Below the pieces are notes generated by a model, which saw only the letters and a list, made by a program, of their open reading frames with translations, did no database searches and had not been told where the DNA came from. Shown here in pieces: positions 58,251 to 64,000 of a stretch of DNA of 64,000 bases (within the stretch, counting starts at the first letter, position 1; every line of letters starts with the position of its first letter). Source of the DNA: the human T2T-CHM13v2.0 reference genome, Homo sapiens; NCBI RefSeq assembly GCF_009914755.1, contig NC_060928.1; one strand, 5' to 3'. The position numbers and the translations under genes are program-made.

Positions 58251-61038
58251 GAAGCTCGCTGTGCAGTTTTAAACCAAAGCAGGAATTCAATTAAAAATTC
58301 AGTTTGAATTGTACATCTATCTAAATACAAAGTGGGAAAAAAATTCCTGACTGCAGGCAACAGTCTCCCCCAGACACATCCTCCCACAGCTAATGTTTAA
58401 CACTTCAACTCTTCCAGGCCCAGAATCTTCCCAGGACTGACTTTGTGCTTATTTGTGCCAAAATGTGTTAAATTAGACAGGAAGGGGAAGCATAAAATTC
58501 AATTCATAATCCAAGGCAAGAATCTGAGCTTTGGTTTGAAAAATGAAAAGCTATGGAGTGACATAACATACTCCGACCCTTCAAACAATCAAGATATTTA
58601 ACTCCAAAGACATTTCTCAAATAAGAGACAGCCCAAGTTCAGACTGCCCACAGGGCACCAGCTCCCAGAAAAATGCTATGGCCAGAGACAGATCTGAAAT
58701 GGAGATACGTCTCAAGTCCAGAGCTCTGGAGCTACTACCAGACAGCATGCCAGGAGAAGACAACGAGAAAAAGGAGAGATCCACATCAATCCTGTTCCAT
58801 CCCTTCTCCGGAGGCACACAGCTCTGGGCTGATCCCTGGGATCAGCTGATTCACTGGCTGTGCCCTCTTGGTGCCCGCCGCCTGCCTGGAAAGGCAGCTG
58901 CCTGCTGAAGAGGAAAAGTTGGGAACGCAATTCCTAATTCTCAGGACAACGTCTAGTACCATGTTCTACCTTTAACCTGTCTTCCCTAAACGGAAACAGA
59001 CAAGGCCATCCTGAAATTACTCAGCTACTCATGAAACAGAGTCTACAATTATTTTTCCTTCCTTTTCAACACGATTAGAAGGGTGATCCCCCAAATGCGG
59101 CCTCTTCCACAGCCACGTCCGGAGGGGCATCCCCTAGTGTCCCAGCAAGTGCCTTCAGCGACACCAGAATGTTAGTTAAGACCTAAGACACATTTCTCCA
59201 GCTGCCTCCCGCCATTTGTCACAGAAAATAATGCTGCTGCACGCCCCCAAAACGCCGTTTTACAAGCAGACTTGGTTTTCAGTAACTGGTGAGGAAAAGT
59301 CACTGGAACCAAACACCATTCATACAGCTATCCAGAGCGGAGGCCACCGCCCTACCCCGGCAGAGGCACATGGGGGCAGCAGGCAGGACCGAGAGGGGCT
59401 CGAAGGCGCCGCAGGAGGAGAGGCTGGGCGCAGACGGCTCGGCCCCAAACCACACCCAGCGCCAGGAAACGCAAGGCTCGGGACGAACCCTTAAGAAGTC
59501 GCTGCTAGGGACAGGGAGGTTGGGAGCAGGGAGTGACGCCACAGGAACCCTGAATCCCCCCGAGTCCCCTCCCAATCAAGCCAAGGCCGAGCAAGGGGCG
59601 CCCCATGTACCGTAAGCCCTCAACCCAACACTCCGGCAACGACAAACAGAATTCCCCGACCTCAAAGGCCGTGAAGCACGCGCCCTTCGGGGCCCTGAGT
59701 GAGCCCTCAAACCTCCGTGCCGATCTTCCAAACCCACCTCCCGCCTTCCTGGAATGGGCGCACGCGAGGCACGGATTTCAGGAAACCTCTGCCGTGACAG
59801 CTCACCCACGGTGGAGGCGGAGGCCTGGGACGCTGGACGGAGAAAGGCGGCCAGTGGAGGGAGGAGGGGTAGGTCGGCAACGCGGTGGCCTCGGACGTCC
59901 GAGCTGCCCGGACGAAGCGCTGGCCCCACTCCCGCCCTTGGTCGCCGCGGTGACCCCACCCGAGCCGTGACCTCCCCCAAGATCTCAGGGCCCGGGCCTC
60001 CCCGCTGCGCCGGCCCCAGGGTGCCACCCTCGGACGCCCAGATGCGCCCTGGACCCTGCGCCGGGATCCTGAACACCGCCGCGCCTTCATCCCGCGCCGA
60101 GCGCGCCCGGCCCTGCTCCGGCTGCAGCGGGCACGAGCCCCAGGCGGGCGGCGGGGACGCAGCGCCCGCAGTGCGACTGGCGCAGCCGCTGAGGCACGGG
60201 GCGCGCCGCCCGGACCCCGACCCCGCGGCGCTAGGAGAGGCGCGGGCGCCGGCTGGAGAGCCGCACCTCCCGCCCCGCCGAGGCTGCTGGCCACGGGCGC
60301 GCTCGCCCCAAGGGCCGGGCGGAGGACCTGTCCCGGATTCCAGAGGACGTGGGTGGGGAAGGGACAAGGATAGGGACAAGGGAGGGGACGCGAACTGGGC
60401 CGAGGTGTGGGTCAGTCCTGGTTCGGGAAGGGAGGCCGTTGGCAGGGCCATCAGGATCCTCTCTGGACATGGAAGGACGGGTCTGCCCTGGACCCAGGGA
60501 TTGGGAAATGTGGGTTCTCTCAGAACCTGGGGAAGTGGGGAGAGGGTCTGTTCTGGAGTGCGGAGGGAGATCTATTCCGGGCCCAGGACAATGGGGGTGG
60601 GGGCAGGACGGGAATGAGGGGGCATTCCTGGTGCAGGGAGGGGAGACGGAGAAGTAGTAGGGGGTCTGCTCCGGGCCCGCGGGCTGGGGACCACGAAGTG
60701 TAGGAGGGCACCGTCCAGGACCGGGATGAGGAGGGAGAGGGGCCCGTTGTGGCCCTGGATAGAGGGGGAGGGAAAGTGCGCCCCGGCCCGAGAGGAGGAG
60801 CAGGAGGGTCAGTCCTGGACCCGGGCTTAGGAAGCCGGGAGGGAGGTTCGGATCCGCCTCAGAGACAGGGCGATGAAGATCTGTCCAAGTCTTGGAGTGG
60901 AGGGAAGGATGTCGGCGGTGGGGGAAGAGGCCGGCCACGGACAGGGAAAGGGAGTCCGTCTTGTAGGGCGGACGGGCGGTCCTGGGGAAGGGAGAGGCCG
61001 CGACGCGGGGGGCGTCCGGCCCGAGCGGGGCCGCTCAC

Positions 61039-61077
61039 CTTGGGTTTGTAGAGCCACTTTCGGAACCTGTTCATCAT
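61039..61077 (-). CDS. ZFYVE28: ZFYVE28 (LST2, lateral signaling target protein 2 homolog) exon 1, coding part; the remaining exons lie left of the window
   Basis: The minus strand reads gcgATG ATG AAC AGG TTC CGA AAG TGG CTC TAC AAA CCC AAG|GTGAGC, which translates to MMNRFRKWLYKPK. I recognise this as the N-terminus of human LST2. It is followed by a canonical phase-0 donor (AAG|GTGAGC) and lies inside a CpG island. Confidence 0.93.
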
Positions 61078-61400
61078 CGCCGCGCCGGCCCTGGCCGGAC
61101 TCCGGGCGGCCCTCGCCCTCCGCAGCGCTGCGCCCGGGCCCGGCTGAGGCGCGGGGCGGACGCGGAGGCACGGCCGGAGCCCCCGCGCTGTCGCAGGGAG
61201 GCTGGCTAGCGAAGCCCGGAGCGCCGAGCGGGCGGCGGGCAGGTGCGCGGGGCAGGTGCGCGGCCCTGAGTATGCTCTGCAAGCGGCGCGCCGGGCAGAC
61301 CTCAGACCCGGGAGTGGGCGCTCGGGCGCACGGACAGACGCGGGCACGGGGGCGCGCGGCTCCTCGCTGCTCACTGACACCCAGCGCTCCGCTGGTCACG
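61078..61400 (-). other. ZFYVE28: ZFYVE28 5' UTR (exon 1); TSS position approximate
   Basis: GC-rich and AUG-free sequence between the start codon and the GC-box/NRF1 cluster at about 61410-61490. The TSS is inferred, not observed. Confidence 0.65.
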
Positions 61401-61710
61401 GCCGCCCCGCGCCGCACATGCGCCTAGGGCGCCGCGAGCCCCGGGCCCACCGCGCGCTGCGGGCGGGGCGGGCGGGGCGGAGGCGGCCCAATCCCTGCGC
61501 GGGCGCCGCACCCCGCCCGAGGCGCGCTCCCTGCCGGCGGGGCGACCCGCCGCGCCCGGGTATCCAAGAAACTACAAGTCCCGAAAGGCATGGCGGGGAG
61601 GTGGCGCCCAGGGCTTGGCGTCCCGGGCCGCGCCGCGGCGCTGTGTATTGTGGGAGTTGTAGTCCACCCGATGGCGGCGGAGCGTGCCGCCGGTTGCTAG
61701 GTGACGACGC
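61400..61710. promoter_or_regulatory. Bidirectional core promoter
   Basis: NRF1-like GCACATGCGC 61414-61423; GC boxes 61461-61480; CCAAT 61488-61492; ZNF143/SBS-type ACTACAAGTCCCGAAAGGC (+) 61571-61589 and ACTACAACTCCCACAATAC (-) 61645-61663; YY1-like ATGGCGGC 61671-61678; RFX X-box GTTGCTAGGTGAC 61693-61705. Confidence 0.8.
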
Positions 61711-61847
61711 CAAACAGCCGCGGCGTCCTGCCTACCGGGAGCTGACGGACGACGACTGCCAACACCTTAGCCCCAGCTGGCCCAGGAAACTGCTGCGGTG
61801 GCAGGTGGCGGCGGCAGGAGGGCTCGGCTGCCCCGAGCGCCCGCCAG
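61670..61847 (+). other. CFAP99: Probable non-coding first exon of the divergent gene, likely CFAP99 (cilia- and flagella-associated protein 99)
   Basis: Plus-strand donor CAG|GTACGG at 61847/61848 in the CpG island, downstream of an X-box. The gene name comes from recalled head-to-head synteny with ZFYVE28 on 4p16.3. No CFAP99 coding sequence is recognisable in the window, and the exon start is approximate. Confidence 0.55.
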
Positions 61848-62599
61848 GTACGGGGGCGGGACAGGTGCGGGGCGACGCGCCGCCGATTTTCATGACCTGC
61901 CGGCCGGTTCCCTCTCGCTCGCTGCTCATCTTGCTTCTCCCAAACACCTCTTCTGTCTTCTTCCCAGCTCCCCGATGAAAGTGAACGGTGCCTCTTTTTT
62001 TTTTTTTAAATCACCACTATCAGCGGTGCGTTCTAAAAAGATACTCTTCCGCCCTCGCTACTCCCCCCAGTGGTGCCCTAATTTGTACCTTAAAACGCTC
62101 ACCTCAATCTGAGTACCTGCTATGTGTCAAGCAGAGAGCTAAAAACCCACACGTGGCCTCACTTAAACTTCCCATTGACAGCCAGAGAAGCAGGCACAAC
62201 GAGGCCGGCGTGCCCTGGCTGTGGGGGTTGCATCCAGATCACGGCGGATCTGGGTCGGCCTGACCCCACAGCGCTGCACTTTTCCCTGCCGCACCACCAC
62301 CACGTCTCTGGCTTGTTGTGAAACGTGCAGATGTAAGACACAGGAGATGGAAGTCATGCCCCCCTCGGTTCAGAATTGAGAAGTCTGACCTGTTCCTGCT
62401 TGTCCTCACTGGCCAGTGCCAGGTGCTCAGAAAGGTCCGTGGGCTCCATGACCACTTTATTCCAACAGACGCGATGTGAGCCTAGGCGCGCTGGCATCTA
62501 AGATTTCTCTTAGTTGGGGGTAGGGTCCATGTTTATTTTTGAGTAACTGATTGATTTTCCCTACTCTCCTCTTCCTACCACCCAGTCGACCCTCTGAAG

Positions 62600-63200
62600 G
62601 GCAAAACCCCTCTGGAGTTTCCCCTTATCTCCAATTCCTTCCCACTTGTTCTTTCTGGAAACTACTCCCATCAGATTTTCACCCAACCACTCCTCTGAAG
62701 CTCTTTATCAAAGTCATCCTTGACCTTGATGTTGCAAAATCCGATGATCGGGGTCAGCGCTCATCTCTTCCTTGAACTGTCACTACCACGTGACCCAGCC
62801 GACTGTGCCCTCTCCGTGACACAGCATCCTCACTTGGCTGAAACAGATCCCACTGTCCACTTCTCCTCCTCGCTCCTGGCCACTCCTGCTTGATCTCCTT
62901 GGCTGGATGCCTCCCCTGCTCACCGACCTCTCAACACTGGAGACCCTGGACTCAGTCCTTGGAACCTACTCTATCCACTCCCTCCCTGGGGGATTTCCTA
63001 CAGTTACATGGTTTTATAAACAACCATTTTCTCCCAAACTTCTCAAAACCTATATCTCTAGCCTCAACCCTGAAACTCCAGACCTGTTTACCTGTTCTTC
63101 ACCATTTGGACGCCTAACAGATCCTCTCAAATTTAACGTGTCCCAAACCACACTCTCAGTCTTCCCCCATAAAACCTGCTGCTCCCAAAGCCATCATTTC
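62600..63200 (+). mobile_element. L2 LINE fragment (reverse-transcriptase region to 3' part)
   Basis: ORF 62551 peptide SDFHPTTPLKLFIKVILDLDVAKS resembles the L2 RT motif SGFRPxHSTETALxKVTNDLxxAKS; downstream ctcaaatttaacgtgtcccaaacc is L2-like. Confidence 0.78.
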
Positions 63201-63384
63201 TTCAGCACAGGATCTTGGGGTAGACACTTGATGGGCTTGTCCACTGAGTGAATGGCTGTTCTCTGTGGGTCTATCCTTGGCCAACTCCAAGGCCTGGAGC
63301 AGTTGTATCTGCTCAGAGGCTCCCTTCCTGTGTTTTATAGTTTGAAATTGTGCATGGGATGAAGGCTGAACTTGGGGAAGTGGG

Positions 63385-63850
63385 GTATCAGTTAGGTTTA
63401 GCTGCATGTATTGAAAAATCCCAACATCACAGTGGCCTAAACAAGAATATTACTCATATTTTTATAAAAGAGGTCCATGGAGAGGCAATCGTGGTTGGTA
63501 TGGCAGCCCTAAAGTCCTCAAGGATCAGCTTTTCTATCTGCCATTCACGTTTCTTCATGATCCAGGATGGCTGCCCACATTCCTGCCATCACCTCCTCGG
63601 CCCAGGAACCAGCTGCAAAAGAGAAGATGGATATGCCTCTCTCGTTCAGGGAGACTTTCCAGAAGTCTCACACCTTTCCACTTCTTGAAGGTGGTGGGAG
63701 AACTTAGCCACACAACCATGCCCCAGCTGCCAGGGAGGCTGGGAAATGCCATCTTTCAATTGGGCAGCAGTAGACCCAGCTAAAAATCAGAGTTTTCTTA
63801 TTTGGGAGGAAAGGGGTAGTGGAGATTGAAAAGCAACTAGCAAAAGCTGC
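63385..63850 (-). mobile_element. Old MLT1-family LTR remnant (subfamily uncertain)
   Basis: tcagttaggtttagctgc...cagtggcctaaacaag...agaacttagccacacaaccatgccccagctgccagggaggctgggaaatg. Confidence 0.6.
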
Positions 63851-64000
63851 CACGTGGGGTTGTGCTTTAAGCACAAGCCATAGGGGCATGACTTGGTAGC
63901 AACCCTTAGGAGACTGGCTTTAATCGGGAGAAAAGACTATATTTTAATTAACATACATTTGAGATCTTAGGTAAATGAGTTATCTCCTAGTGGTTGAGAG

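Larger units (their letters stand above)
59560..62300. promoter_or_regulatory. Large CpG island spanning ZFYVE28 exon 1 and the divergent promoter
   Basis: Very high GC and undepleted CpG (many CGCG and GCGC) compared with the CpG-depleted flanks. Confidence 0.92.

Noticed and set aside
58678-58908. ATG-initiated 76-aa ORF with charged, protein-like composition (MARDRSEMEIRLKSRALELL...)
   Set aside because: Short, antisense within the intron, no family recognised and no supporting promoter or splice evidence.
59576-60938. Long overlapping ORFs of 195-291 aa on both strands
   Set aside because: Expected stop-codon scarcity in a CpG island; low-complexity Arg/Pro/Gly/Ala peptides with no recognisable domain, mostly without ATG starts.
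62058-62077. CTCF-like motif (minus strand CCACTGGGGGGAGT)
   Set aside because: Two mismatches in the core; cannot be distinguished from chance in GC-rich DNA without ChIP data.

Overview
This is primate (almost certainly human) genomic DNA, not a microbial accessory region: it is GC-rich, dense in Alu/L1/MaLR repeats, and has CpG islands. The only protein-coding sequence I can support is the 39-nt coding part of exon 1 of ZFYVE28 (LST2; MMNRFRKWLYKPK, minus strand, 61039-61077). Bases 1-61038 are most of its very long first intron. A large CpG island at about 59.6-62.3 kb holds a head-to-head promoter with two inverted ZNF143-type motifs and an RFX X-box. From recalled locus knowledge, the divergent plus-strand gene is probably CFAP99, with a non-coding first exon ending at 61847. 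The intron contains a second CpG island at about 8.0-8.7 kb (candidate alternative promoter) and an ETS/CRE-rich element at about 30.2-30.9 kb. It also holds a full-length THE1A element with a nested inverted THE1A LTR, several nested repeat clusters, a hAT transposase fossil, an MLT2A-type LTR and several minisatellites. Almost all ORFs in the supplied track are repeat- or GC-derived noise. I see no evidence of a new multi-gene system. The best leads are regulatory or translational: a stop-free 5' leader in frame with LST2, DUX4-motif LTRs oriented sense to ZFYVE28, and closely apposed inverted repeats. All family assignments are by eye from remembered consensus sequences, and repeat boundaries are approximate.
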